Assembly (NCBI GenBank): GCA_963800785.1
Contig: CAWDCH010000013.1
Span: forward strand, 141,877-205,876
Length of the DNA: 64,000 nucleotides
Reading direction: 5' to 3'
Source of the DNA: Vicinamibacteria bacterium
GTDB taxonomy: Bacteria > Acidobacteriota > Vicinamibacteria > Vicinamibacterales > JAENWD01
Positions 25,954 through 37,199 of the stretch are shown in pieces; positions within the stretch are counted from its first letter, which is position 1, and each line of letters opens with the position of its first letter. Under the pieces are notes generated by a model that saw only the letters and a program-made list of their open reading frames with translations, did no database searches and was not told where the DNA came from. The translations under genes and the position numbers were made by a program.

Positions 25954-26535
25954 ATGACAGGATTCGACTGCCGGCCGGCACGTGGCCGCCGGAACACCCT
26001 CGGGGCCCTTTTGCTGGCCGCGGGGCTCGTCTGCGCCGCTTCGTCGCAGGCCGCCGCGCAGGATCCCGCACAGCCGCCTGCCCAGCCCGGGCAGCCGCCC
26101 GCGCAACCCGCGCCGGCCGCTCCTCCGGCCGCGCAGCCGCCTGCCGCCCAGCCGAACCCCTTCGTGTTCAACAGCGATGCGGCCATGCTCACGTTCTTCA
26201 TCAAGCCTGATAAGGCCGCCGACTTCGAGAAGGTCATGGCGAAGCTGCACGACGCGCTCGCGAACAGCGACAAACCGGAACGCAAACAGCAGGCGGCCGG
26301 GTGGAAGCTGTACAAGGGCGCCGAGCCAGGGCCGAATGGCACGGTGATTTACGTCAACTTCCTGTCACCCGCCCTCAAGGGTGGCGACTACACGATTTCG
26401 AAGATCCTGGCCGAGGTCTTTCCGCAGGAAGTGCAGCAGCTGTTCCCGCTGTATCGCGATGCGTTCGCGGGGCTGAGCCGCGCCGAGCTGAGCCTGATTC
26501 AGGACTTCAGCGCGCCGCCGAAGCCGGCACAGTAG
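25954..26535 (+). CDS. secreted hypothetical protein with Pro/Ala/Gln-rich linker
   Basis: ATG 25954 is preceded by GGAGGAGG. It has a signal-peptide-like N-terminus (LLLAAGLVCAASSQAAAQ), a PAQ-rich stretch, then a ~130-aa globular part. I recognise no family. Confidence 0.6.
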   Translation: MTGFDCRPARGRRNTLGALLLAAGLVCAASSQAAAQDPAQPPAQPGQPPAQPAPAAPPAAQPPAAQPNPFVFNSDAAMLTFFIKPDKAADFEKVMAKLHDALANSDKPERKQQAAGWKLYKGAEPGPNGTVIYVNFLSPALKGGDYTISKILAEVFPQEVQQLFPLYRDAFAGLSRAELSLIQDFSAPPKPAQ

Positions 26536-26553
26536 CAAATTAGAGATTTATTC

Positions 26554-26710
26554 AACAACGAGCTCAGAGTGACGAGCTCTGAACGCGGAACCGCGAACGA
26601 CGAACGAACGCGGGGGTTCGTCCCCGTTCGGCGGTCGTCGCGCGGCGTTCAGAACTCGTCACTCACAGTTCGTCGCTTTGAGCTCGTTGTTCGTTGTTCT
26701 GAGCTCGTTG
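26554..26710. repeat. long imperfect word hairpin (ACGAGCTC / ACGAACGA words) between convergent genes
   Basis: GAGTGACGAGCTCTGAACGC (26566-26585) pairs with GCGTTCAGAACTCGTCACTC (26646-26665). Inner and outer words are also complementary. Confidence 0.75.
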
Positions 26711-26719
26711 TCCGTAAAG

Positions 26720-27235
26720 CTAGAAGGCCAGATTGAGTCCGACGCTGAAACGCTGCGGGTTCTTGTGGATCGCGTCACCGGTGAACTTGAAGACGCGATA
26801 GTCGAGACGCACACGCAGCGGCCCCGCCAGCTCGATCTTCGCGCCCCCGCCGATGTTCGTGCCCCAGCCGGTTTCCTGGATGTCGAGCGCATCGAACCGC
26901 TCGCGGAATACTCCACCGCCGACGGTCGCATAAAGCTGCGACTTCGGCACCACGCCCCGCGGCGTCTGCACCAGAACGTTCGCCATGCCCGTGCGGACCG
27001 TGGGTGCGCAGGTCTCCGTGCCCGAGAACACCTGGCATTCGTCATCGCCCGACGCGCGCGCGTACTCGAACTCGAACCCGAGGATCAGAAAACTGGCGCC
27101 AACTGACACGCCAAACGCCGACCGGGTGCTGGGCGAGGTCTGTGCGCCGACGAACGCGGTCAAATCGGCATGTGCCGGCAGCGCGCTGATGACGACGAGC
27201 ACGACGGTGAAAATGAGGAGACGGGCAACGCGCAT
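26720..27235 (-). CDS. small outer-membrane beta-barrel protein
   Basis: 171 aa with a signal peptide ending AHA, an alternating hydrophobic pattern and a C-terminal ...SVGLNLAF (terminal Phe). Confidence 0.75.
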   Translation of the reverse strand: MRVARLLIFTVVLVVISALPAHADLTAFVGAQTSPSTRSAFGVSVGASFLILGFEFEYARASGDDECQVFSGTETCAPTVRTGMANVLVQTPRGVVPKSQLYATVGGGVFRERFDALDIQETGWGTNIGGGAKIELAGPLRVRLDYRVFKFTGDAIHKNPQRFSVGLNLAF

Positions 27236-27317
27236 CGCGAGCTGAAGCGTCCTTCCCGGGCCGGAATGGCCCGAATCTCAATGATATGATCACGCGCCTC
27301 ACCCTCCGAGCCGCGAC

Positions 27318-28457
27318 GTGGACTTCCGACTCACTGACGAGCAGCAGCTGCTGCGACAGAGCGTTCGCGAGTTTGCCGAAACCGAGATCCGTCCGCACGT
27401 CCGCGCGTGGGACGAAGCGCAGCATTTTCCATCCGAGCTCGTGCCCAAACTTGCCGCACTTGGTCTGATGGGCGTGCAGTTTTCCGAGGAGTACGGCGGC
27501 TCGGGCATGAGCGCCATCGACTATTGCCTGTGCATCGAAGAGCTCGCCCGCGTCGATCCATCCGTGGCGCTCTCGGTCGCCGCACACAATGGACTCGGTC
27601 CCGCGCACATCGCGATGTTCGGCAACGCCGCCCAGAAGACGCGGTGGCTGGTGCCGCTCGCAAAAGGAGAGAAGCTGGGGGCGTGGGCGCTGACCGAGCC
27701 GAACGCGGGCAGCGATGCGGCCGGCACGAGGACAATCGCCACCCGCGATGGCGCTAGCTGGATGTTGAATGGTACGAAGACCTTCATCACGCATGGGGCA
27801 TCTGCCGACGTGATGGTGGTCATGGCCTCCACGGACCGCAGCCGCGGCGCCAAGGGGATCTCCGCATTCGTAGTGGAGCGAGGCACGAAGGGCTTCAATG
27901 CCGGGCACAAAGAAGACAAGCTCGGCATGCGCGCCAGCGAGACGACCGAGGTGCACTTCGAACAGTGCGTGGTCCCCGCCGATCACATGCTCGGCGAAGA
28001 AGGGCAGGGATTCATTCAGGCGCTTCAGGTCCTCGATGCCGGACGCATCGGGATCGCGGCTCTCTCGGTCGGGCTGGCGCAGGGCGCGTTCGACGCCGCG
28101 CGCCAGTACGCGCTGGGCCGACGACAGTTCGGCCAGCCAATCGCATCCTTCCAGGCGATTCAGTGGAAGCTGGCCGACATGGCCATGCGAATCGAGGCCG
28201 CACGTCTGCTCACGTATCGCGCGGCCTACCTGAAAGATCAGGGGAAGAAGACGACGCTCGATTCGGCCATGGCGAAGCTGTTTGCGAGCGAGGTGGCCGT
28301 CAAAGCGGCTGAAGAGTCCGTGCAGATCCACGGCGGCTACGGCTTCGTCAAGGACTATCCCGCCGAGAAGTTCTTCCGCGATGTGAAGCTGACCACGATT
28401 GGCGAAGGGACGAGCGAGATTCAGCGGCTGGTCATCGCCCGGCAGCTGCTGGGTTGA
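27318..28457 (+). CDS. acyl-CoA dehydrogenase (short/medium-chain type)
   Basis: 379 aa with typical ACAD N-terminal, middle and C-terminal regions ([25 protein letters not shown]-like [14 protein letters not shown]). Confidence 0.9.
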   Translation: MDFRLTDEQQLLRQSVREFAETEIRPHVRAWDEAQHFPSELVPKLAALGLMGVQFSEEYGGSGMSAIDYCLCIEELARVDPSVALSVAAHNGLGPAHIAMFGNAAQKTRWLVPLAKGEKLGAWALTEPNAGSDAAGTRTIATRDGASWMLNGTKTFITHGASADVMVVMASTDRSRGAKGISAFVVERGTKGFNAGHKEDKLGMRASETTEVHFEQCVVPADHMLGEEGQGFIQALQVLDAGRIGIAALSVGLAQGAFDAARQYALGRRQFGQPIASFQAIQWKLADMAMRIEAARLLTYRAAYLKDQGKKTTLDSAMAKLFASEVAVKAAEESVQIHGGYGFVKDYPAEKFFRDVKLTTIGEGTSEIQRLVIARQLLG

Positions 28458-28462
28458 GACGC

Positions 28463-29417
28463 ATGGCGGACGCGTCGCTCGCCGAACGTGTGCGTGCCGG
28501 AGATACGAGAGCGCTGGCGCGGGCAATCTCTCTCGTCGAGGACGGCGCTGCCGCGGGCGACGATCTCCTCGCGTCCCTCTTCCCCTCTACCGGGCGCGCC
28601 TGGACGATCGGGGTCACCGGGCCGCCAGGGGCGGGCAAGAGCACGCTGGTCGATCAACTCGTGCGGCAGCTGCGCGCGCGGTACGAGACCGCAGGCATCC
28701 TGGCAGTCGATCCGACGAGCCCGTTTACCGGCGGCGCGATTCTCGGCGACCGCGTGCGCATGCAGCACCACGCCTCCGACTCGGGCGTGTTCATTCGCAG
28801 CATGGCCACGCGCGGGCATCTGGGCGGACTCGCCACGGCAACCGCCGACGCCAGCCTGGTGCTGGACGCCGCCGGACGCGACTATGTCATCATCGAGACG
28901 GTGGGCGTCGGCCAGGACGAAGTGGACATTGTGCGCCTTGCCGACGTCTCGGTCGTGACGCTCGTACCGGGCACGGGCGACGACGTGCAGGCCCTCAAGG
29001 CCGGCATCATGGAGATCGCCGACATCTTCGTCGTCAACAAGGCCGATCGAGAGGGCGCCGACCGGATGGTCTCGTCGATTGAGGCAGTGCTGGCGTTGCA
29101 GACCGTCCCAGAAGGCAGCTGGACGATTCCCGTCCTCAAGACGGAAGCGACACGCGGCGTCGGCGTTCCGGAGCTGCTGACCGCGCTGGATCGATTCCGC
29201 GACACGTCCCGCCCGCTCGTTGACGAGCGGCGGGCTGCGCGCGTGCGCGACGCAGCTACGCGATCACGTCGGCGGGCTCTTCCAGCAGCGTCTCGAGGTC
29301 GCAGTGCCTTCGACGGAACTCGATCGTCTCGCTGGCGAGATCGCGGCGCGAACGCTCGATCCCCGAACCGCTGCTGGACGAGTGCTGGCGCGCGTCTGTC
29401 CACCGCGAGAGTCATGA
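28463..29417 (+). CDS. meaB: methylmalonyl-CoA mutase-associated G3E GTPase MeaB/ArgK, interrupted by a frame shift near 29249
   Basis: P-loop GPPGAGKST, plus ETVGVGQ and NKADREGA. The conserved C-terminus (TQLRDHVGGLFQQRL...ELDRLAGEIAARTLDPRTAAGRVLARV) is in the +1 frame (track ORF 29220..29417). It ends in an ATGA overlap with mce. Confidence 0.8.
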
Positions 29418-29836
29418 AAGCCACGCTCGATCACATCGGTGTCGCGGTGCGCGGGTTGTCGGAGGCGCTTGCGTTCTATCGCGATGCCCTTGGCCTGGAG
29501 GTGTCCGAGCCGACCGACGTGCCGACCGAGCGCGTGCGTGCCGTGTTCGTACCGGTTGGCGACGCGTCGATCGAGCTGCTCGAGGCCACATCGCCAGATT
29601 CGGCGGTCGCCCGATCAATCGAACGGCGAGGGGAAGGGCTGCATCACATCACGCTGGCCGTCGACGATCTCGGCGCAGCGCTCACCCGTCTGAAAGCACG
29701 GGGAGTCCGGCTGGTCGACGAGACTCCGAGGCCCGGCGCTCACGGCACCCGCGTCGCGTTCGTGCACCCATCGAGCACCGGAGGGGTTCTGCTCGAGCTG
29801 AAGGAACGCACGTCCGGCGCCGGAGACCCTCCCTGA
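29414..29836 (+). CDS. mce: methylmalonyl-CoA epimerase (VOC/glyoxalase fold)
   Basis: MKATLDHIGVAVRGLSEALAFYRDALGLEV...GEGLHHITLAVDDL...VAFVHPSSTGGVLLEL. Confidence 0.85.
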   Translation: MKATLDHIGVAVRGLSEALAFYRDALGLEVSEPTDVPTERVRAVFVPVGDASIELLEATSPDSAVARSIERRGEGLHHITLAVDDLGAALTRLKARGVRLVDETPRPGAHGTRVAFVHPSSTGGVLLELKERTSGAGDPP

Positions 29837-29838
29837 CC

Positions 29839-30687
29839 GTGGCCTCGCGGTCCATCTCCTTCGGTCCATTCGAGCTGATACCCGTCAACGACGGATACTT
29901 CGCGCTCGACGGCGGCGCCATGTTCGGCGTCGTGCCGAAGCCGCTCTGGGAGAAAGTGGCGCCGCCGGACGCGCGCAACCGCATCCGCATGGCGATGCGC
30001 GCCTGGATCGTCCGCGGGGGCGGCCGGAGCGTGCTGATCGACGCCGGTTGCGGCGACAAGCTCGACGCCAAGTCGGCGGATATCTACGGGCTCGATCGCG
30101 CACACCGTCTGGAGCATGCGCTCCACGACGCGGAGGAAACCTCGTCCACGATCGATCTTGTGATCGCGTCACACTTGCATTTCGATCATGCCGGCGGTTT
30201 CACGAAGCGCGTCGATCAGGCCGTGGTACCGCGATTCCCGAACGCGCGCTACTCGATCAGGCGCGGCGAGTGGGAAGATGCGCTCCACCCGAACGAACGG
30301 AATCGCGCCAGCTATCTCGTCGAGAACTACGTGCCGCTTGCCGACGCCGGCATCGTGGACTTCGTGAGCGATGATGGCCCGGTCGCGCCGCATCTGACCG
30401 TGCGTCGGACCGGCGGCCACACGATGCACCACCAGATAGTGCTGATCGAGGCCGGCGGGCAAACGGCAGTCTTCGTGGCGGATCTGCTGCCAACGGCAGC
30501 GCATCTGCCGCTGCCGTACATCATGGGCTACGACCTCTATCCGATGGACACGCTCGCCTTCAAACGTGTGTTCCTGCGCGAAGCGGTCGAGCGGGAGTAC
30601 TTGATCCTGTTCGAACACGATCCGGAGATCGCGGCCGGGTATATCCGCGAGCGGAATGGCCGGTTGTCGATTGAGCGGGCGTTGTAG
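29839..30687 (+). CDS. MBL-fold metallo-hydrolase
   Basis: 282 aa with ASHLHFDHAGG and downstream His/Asp ligands. Confidence 0.8.
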   Translation: MASRSISFGPFELIPVNDGYFALDGGAMFGVVPKPLWEKVAPPDARNRIRMAMRAWIVRGGGRSVLIDAGCGDKLDAKSADIYGLDRAHRLEHALHDAEETSSTIDLVIASHLHFDHAGGFTKRVDQAVVPRFPNARYSIRRGEWEDALHPNERNRASYLVENYVPLADAGIVDFVSDDGPVAPHLTVRRTGGHTMHHQIVLIEAGGQTAVFVADLLPTAAHLPLPYIMGYDLYPMDTLAFKRVFLREAVEREYLILFEHDPEIAAGYIRERNGRLSIERAL

Positions 30688-30730
30688 GGACCTATGTCCC
30701 TGTGTCCTCATGCCCCTCGGAGGTGACTGA

Positions 30731-31585
<855 letters not shown>

Positions 31586-31594
<9 letters not shown>

Positions 31595-31759
31595 GTGCCA
31601 AGTGCTAAGTGCTAAGTGGAGTGGGGAGTGGCTAGTGGAGAGTGGTTGCAGGACTGGTCAGATTGTCGCAGCTACGAGGAGCGGGGGGCTAGTCAGCCAC
31701 CACTTCCCACGACCCACTTCTCACTCCACTTAGCACTTGGCACTTAGCACTTGGCACTG
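31586..31759. repeat. word hairpin family copy 1 (CAGTGC[YAAGTGC]n AAGTGGAGTG... arms, ~58 bp each, ~50-nt core)
   Basis: The left arm (31586-31645) and right arm (31697-31759) are near-complementary. Both arms closely match the arms of the element at 61171-61353. Confidence 0.85.
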
Positions 31760-31771
31760 CTTTGGAGGTCC

Positions 31772-32707
31772 ATGAGTATCGTCGTCACCGGTTCCATCGC
31801 CTACGACTACCTGATGTCGTTCCCGGGCAAGTTCACCGAACACCTATTGCCCGAGCACGTGCATCGCGTGAGCCTGAGCTTTCTCGTCGACACCATGGAC
31901 AAGCGTCGCGGCGGCTGCGCGCCGAACATCGCGTATACGCTGGCGCTTCTCGGCGAGCGGCCGCGGCTGATGGGTACGGCAGGGCAGGACTTCGGCGACT
32001 ACCGACATTGGCTCGAAGCCGCGGGCATCGACACATCGCTCGTCGGCGAAGTCCCGGACAAGTTCACGGCGTCGTTCTTCTGCAGCACCGACCAGGACAG
32101 CAACCAGATTGCGTCCTTTTACACGGGAGCGATGGCTAACGCCGCCGAGCTCTCGTTTCGGACGGCGGGCACCGTGACGCTGACGATCATTGCGCCCAAC
32201 GATCCGCAGGCGATGCTGCAGTACACGGAGGAATGCCGCACGCTCGAGATCCCCTTCATCTTCGATCCAGGCCAGCAGTGTGCGCGGATGTCAGGAACGG
32301 AGCTCGCGGATGCGCTGAATGGCGCGACCGTGCTGATCCTGAACGACTACGAGCTCGAGCTGCTCCGGCAGAAAACCGGCCTCGACGAGCGCGAGCTGAT
32401 CGCCCGAACGGGAACGCTCGTCGTGACGCGCGGCGAGGAAGGCTCGACCATCCTGACGGCGGACGACGAGATCCGGGTTCCCGCCGTGAAGCCGCACCGC
32501 ATCGCTGACCCAACGGGCGTTGGCGACGCGTTTCGCGGCGGCTTCATGAAGGGAATGGTTGCCGGCCTGGACCTGGAAACGTCCGGACGGCTGGGAAGCG
32601 TCGCGGCGACCTACGCCCTCGAGCACCTCGGCGGATCCAGCCATGCATACACGTGGGAGGATTTTGCGGGCCGCTATGAGGAGCATTTCGGGCCGCTTCG
32701 CGGATAG
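31772..32707 (+). CDS. PfkB-family carbohydrate/nucleoside kinase (adenosine kinase-like)
   Basis: ATG 31772 is preceded by GGAGG. Sequence includes SIVVTGSIAYDYLM, GGCAPNIAY and the C-terminal DPTGVGDAFRGGF. Confidence 0.85.
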   Translation: MSIVVTGSIAYDYLMSFPGKFTEHLLPEHVHRVSLSFLVDTMDKRRGGCAPNIAYTLALLGERPRLMGTAGQDFGDYRHWLEAAGIDTSLVGEVPDKFTASFFCSTDQDSNQIASFYTGAMANAAELSFRTAGTVTLTIIAPNDPQAMLQYTEECRTLEIPFIFDPGQQCARMSGTELADALNGATVLILNDYELELLRQKTGLDERELIARTGTLVVTRGEEGSTILTADDEIRVPAVKPHRIADPTGVGDAFRGGFMKGMVAGLDLETSGRLGSVAATYALEHLGGSSHAYTWEDFAGRYEEHFGPLRG

Positions 32708-32718
32708 ATATCTGCCGG

Positions 32719-34072
32719 CTAGGAGAGTCCAGCGGCAAAGCGCGTCTTCGCGGCGGCGAGAATCTGCGCGAACTTGGCCTGCGCCAGATTCCACTCGGTC
32801 TCGACCAGCGCCTGCCGCGCATCGGAGAGCTCGATCGACGTAATCAAGCCGTTCTCGTACGAGACCTGCGCGATCGAGAGGGTCTCGCGGGCGAGGTCGA
32901 GCGCCTTGCGCTGTGCTTCGACCACCTCCCGAGAGCCGGTCCACTCCGTGTAGGCCGAGGTCACCTCGAGCCGGCCGCTATCGAGCGCGGCGTCCAGGCC
33001 ATGAACCGCTTCCTGAATCTGCGCTTTCGCCGTCGCCCGCCGTGCGACCGCGCCCGGCGTCGCGAACAGGGGAATCCTCATCGCAAAGCCGACGGCATAG
33101 CTCCGATTGGTCGGGGCCAGGAACGATCTGAAGGCGTCCTCCTGATATTGGAGATTTCCGTTCAGATAGAAGCTGGGCTGCATCTCGCTGTTGGCAATCG
33201 CCACCGACCGCTCGGCCATCTGCCGCTGCGAAGTGATCGCTCGCAAATCTGGTCGGCGGTCCAGCCCGCTGAGCAGAGCCTCCTGCGACGGCAGCTCGTT
33301 AATCTGATCGAGCGATCCCTGGAGCGTCAACGGCGTCGCGGCCGGGAGCGACAACACGCTGCGCAGCGCCTGATACGCGATATCCACGGCCGACTTCGCG
33401 CGAATCAGCGTAGTCTTCGCATTGGCGACGTCGACTTCAGCCCTCAGCACGTCGAAGCGCGCCGCCGATCCCGCCTCAAACCGCGTCTTCGCAATCGCCA
33501 ACTGCTCTTCCGCAAGCCGCACACCCTGCTCGGCGACGCCGACGCCCTGTTCCTGGAGCACGGCGCGATAGAAAGCCTCGACCACCTGGAGTGACAGTTG
33601 CTGTTGCGCCCGATCGAGCGTGAGCCGTGTCCCGTCTGCCGCCGCGGCCTGCAGCCCAAACGTGTTCCGCAGGCGGCCTCCGGTGTAGAGCGGCTGCGAG
33701 AAATCGAGCTGCATGATGTTCTGGCGCGTGAATGCCGCCTGGAAGGTCTGTTCCTCCGGACCAAAGATCCCGGCCGGGATGCGAATCGTCGGAAACTCCT
33801 GTGCCGGCGTGTACCTGGAACGAGAGGTTCGCCGACGGCAGGAAGTTCGCTTTTGCTTCTGCGACGCGCCCTTCCGCCTCGTGCACCTTCTCCTGCTCGA
33901 CCTTCAGCGCTTTGTTGTCGCGCAGCGCGATCTCGAGCGCGGCCTCGAATGTCAGTGGCGTCGGAACGACCGTCGCCTTCTTCGCGGCGGACTGTGGCAA
34001 CGATTCTCCGAAGGCGTTGGCCGCCGCAATCAGGCCGCCAAGGAGCACCACCAGAATGATCGCCCCGGTCAC
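32719..34072 (-). CDS. TolC-family outer membrane efflux protein, interrupted by a frame shift near 33814-33815
   Basis: The N-terminal part (signal peptide, LTFEAALEIALRDNKALKVEQEKVHEAEGRVAEAKANFLPS) is the tail of track ORF 33476..35650. The remainder is ORF 32719..33714, whose frame is open upstream (YTPAQEFPTIRIPAGIFGPEEQTFQAAFTRQNIMQLDFSQPLYTGGR). The start is GTG 34072 or TTG 34090. Confidence 0.75.
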
Positions 34073-34086
34073 GCGAAGGGCCGGGC

Positions 34087-37000
34087 TCAATGCCGGGTTC
34101 TCGGCCTTCCGCAACGCCTTCAACCAGGCGAGGAAGCGCTGGAGGAGCAGGTACGAGACGGGCACCACGACCAGCGTCAGCAGCGTCGACGTCAACAGAC
34201 CGCCGATCGTCGCGATCGAGATCGGCGCACGGAACTCGCCGCCGTCGCCCCGTCCGAGCGCGGACGGCACCATCCCGAGGATCATCGCCAGCGTCGTCAT
34301 CACGATCGGCCGCAAGCGAACCGGGCCGGCTTTGAGCAGGGCATCCCTTACGGACAGGCCCTCATTGCGATGCAGCTGGTTGGTGTAGTCGACGAGCAGG
34401 ATCGCGTTCTTCGTGACCAGCCCCATCAGCATCACGACGCCGATCATCGCGGGCATGCCGATGTGGTTGCCCGTCACCAGCAGCGCCAGCAGCGCACCGA
34501 CGAGCGCCAGCGGCAGCGACAACATGATGAGCATCGGTTCGGTGAACGACTCGAACTGCGAGGCCAGCACGATATAGATGAAGGCGACAGCAAGCAGCAG
34601 GGCCAGCCCCATCGCCGCCGCGGAGTCCTGCATCATCTCGACGTCGCCGGCAAAGCCCGCCTCGAAGTTCGGCGGCATCTTCACCGACGCAATCGCCTTC
34701 TCGACATCCGCAGTCACGTCGCCGAGCGGGCGGGTCGAGAGGTCGACGCCGACCTTGAGCTGACGGCGCCGCTGTTCGCGATCGATGCTGGTCGGACCGA
34801 CGGCTGGTTGCATCGAGACCAGATCCGACGTCCGCACCGACGCGCCGGTAGGCGAGTACAGCGGCGTCCGTGCGATCGCGCTGAAGTCGTTGCGGAATTC
34901 GGGCGCCAGCCGCACGCGGATGTCGTGCTCGCGATCGCCGTCGCGCAGCTTCGTCGGGACGACGCCCTCGACCATCCCGCGGAGCTGGCCGGCGATTCCG
35001 CCGACGTCGAATCCGATATCCGCCGCCATCTCGCGGTTGATCCGCGCCACCATCTCGGGCTGACCGGCGACCAGTGTGCTCTTGACGTCGACGGCGCCGG
35101 GGATGCGCCGGATCTTCGTGACCAGCTCGTCGCTGATGCGCTGCAGCTCCTTCATGTTGTCGCCGCGGACATACAGGTCGATTGGCGGCTGGTAGGGCAC
35201 GCCTTGCATGAACTCGGGATCGGCGACGCGAATCTCGGCAAACGGGAATGACGCCAACTGCTGGCGCACAGCCGCCTTGATCTCCTGCAGACCGCGCGCG
35301 CGTGTCTCCTTGCGCGACAGCTTGACCTGCACCGAAGAGGAGCGGACCTCGCCCTGAAGGCCGACCGTGCTGAAGACCTGACGTACTTCGGGAACCTGAC
35401 CGAGGATCTGCTCGATGCGGCTGACCTGTGCCACGCTCTCGTCGAACGAGGTGCCTGGCGGCAGATCGACGAGCACCTGGAACTCGCCGCGGTCCTCTTC
35501 GGGCACGAACTCGGTGCCGATGACGCCGAACAGGCTGAGGCTGGCGACGAAGAGCGCGACCGCGACGCCAAGCACGGTCCAGGGCCGGGCGAGCGACCAC
35601 CGCAGCAGGCGGTGATAGCCGGCATCGAGCTTGTCGGTACTGATGGCCAATGCGTTCGAAGAAGCGGCCGACGCGCGTCCTGTTGCGCTCCTCTTCGGGA
35701 ATGAAGCGCACGAACCGCGACGACAGCATCGGGTCGAGCGTGAACGCGACGAGCAGCGACATTGCCACTGCGAACGCGATGGTCAGCGCGAACGACTTGA
35801 AGAACTGCCCGACGATGCCGGTCATGAAGCCGACGGGAAGGAAGACCGCCAGAATCGTGAAGGTCGTCGCCATGACGGCCAGGCCGATCTGTGCCGTGCC
35901 GTTCCTCGCCGCCGTCACCGGGTCTTCGCCCATCTCCATGTGCCGATAGATGTTCTCGCGCACCACGACGGCGTCGTCGATCAGGATGCCGATGACCAGC
36001 GAGAGCGCCATCAACGTCATCATGTTGATCGTGAAGCCCGCGATGTACATGAAGAAGAACGTGGCGATGACGGACGTTGGCAGCGCCAGTGCCGAAATCA
36101 GCGTTGAGCGCCAGTCGCGCATGAAGATGAAGATGACGAGCACCGCCATCAAGCCGCCGAAGACGATGTGGCTCCGCACCTCCTCCACGTTCGACTTGAT
36201 GAACTCCGCATCGTCGTGGATCGGCTTGATGCGAAGCGTCGGGAAGTTGGGTGCGACGCGATCGAGCAGCGCATGGACGCGCCGGGAGATTTCGACCGTG
36301 TTGGCGCCCGACTGCTTTCGCACGGAGAACGACACCGCGTCCACGCCGTTGAGCCGCGTGGTCGTCTCGCGCTCTTCGTAGCCATCCACGACGGTGCCGG
36401 CATCCTTCAGGCGGACCGTCGAACCGCTGGTAGAGCGCAGGATCACGTTCTCGATTTCGTGAATATCGCGGAACTCGCCTTGTGTGCGCAGAGAGATGTT
36501 GCGGCCTTCCCGGATAATCTTGCCGGTGGGCACGTCCAGGTTTTCGTACGCGAGCTTGTCAGCCACGATGCTGACCGGCAAGCCCAGGGCCTCGAGCCGG
36601 CCCGGATCGAGATTCACCTGAATCTCACGCACCTCACCGCCGTTGACCTGCACCGCCGCGACGCCGTCGATCTGCTCGATCAGCGGCTTCAGATCATCCT
36701 CGACGACGCGCCTGGCAACGTCAGAGGGCTGGGACGAGCCCACCGCGTACACCATGATCGGCAGTGCGGCGACGTCGAAGCGCTGGATGGTCGGATCCTC
36801 GACGTCCTTCGGCAGCTTGTCGCGAATCGCGGCGACCTTCTCACGCACCTCCGCCGCCGCCTGCTGCGGATCGACTTCGAGGCGCAGCTCGATGCCGACG
36901 CGGGCGAGCGATTCGCGCGAGTTCGATTCGATGCGCTTGACGCCGTTGATACCCGCCACCGCGTCTTCGATTGGCTTCGTGACCAGCGTCTCGACTTCCT

Positions 37001-37169
37001 CCGGCGCGGCGCCCGGGTAGACCACCGTGACGTTGACGAAGGGGAAGTTGACGTCGGGAAACAGATCGACGCCGAGCCTCGTCATCGAGACGACGCCGAG
37101 CACCATGAAGGTCAGGATGACCATTGTGGCGAAGACGGGCCGTTTGATTGAGGTATCGGAAATCCACAT
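34087..37169 (-). CDS. RND (HAE1/AcrB-type) efflux permease, frame shift near 35645; no in-frame stop before TolC
   Basis: The N-terminal half is track ORF 34362..37169 up to ...[10 protein letters not shown]. The C-terminal half is ORF 33476..35650 from [16 protein letters not shown] onward. The 3' end is uncertain (see findings). Confidence 0.85.
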
Positions 37170-37199
37170 GGCGATGCTCGCTTACGTCAGGGATGCCGT

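Noticed and set aside
28454-29836. Bifunctional MeaB-methylmalonyl-CoA epimerase
   Set aside because: The linker is non-protein-like. An alternative frame encodes the conserved MeaB tail, ending in an ATGA overlap with the epimerase start. A frame shift is the better explanation.
33476-35650. RND C-terminal half fused to TolC N-terminus as one 724-aa protein
   Set aside because: An inner-membrane pump fused to an outer-membrane channel signal peptide is implausible. One extra T at 34089/34090 explains the loss of a TGA stop.
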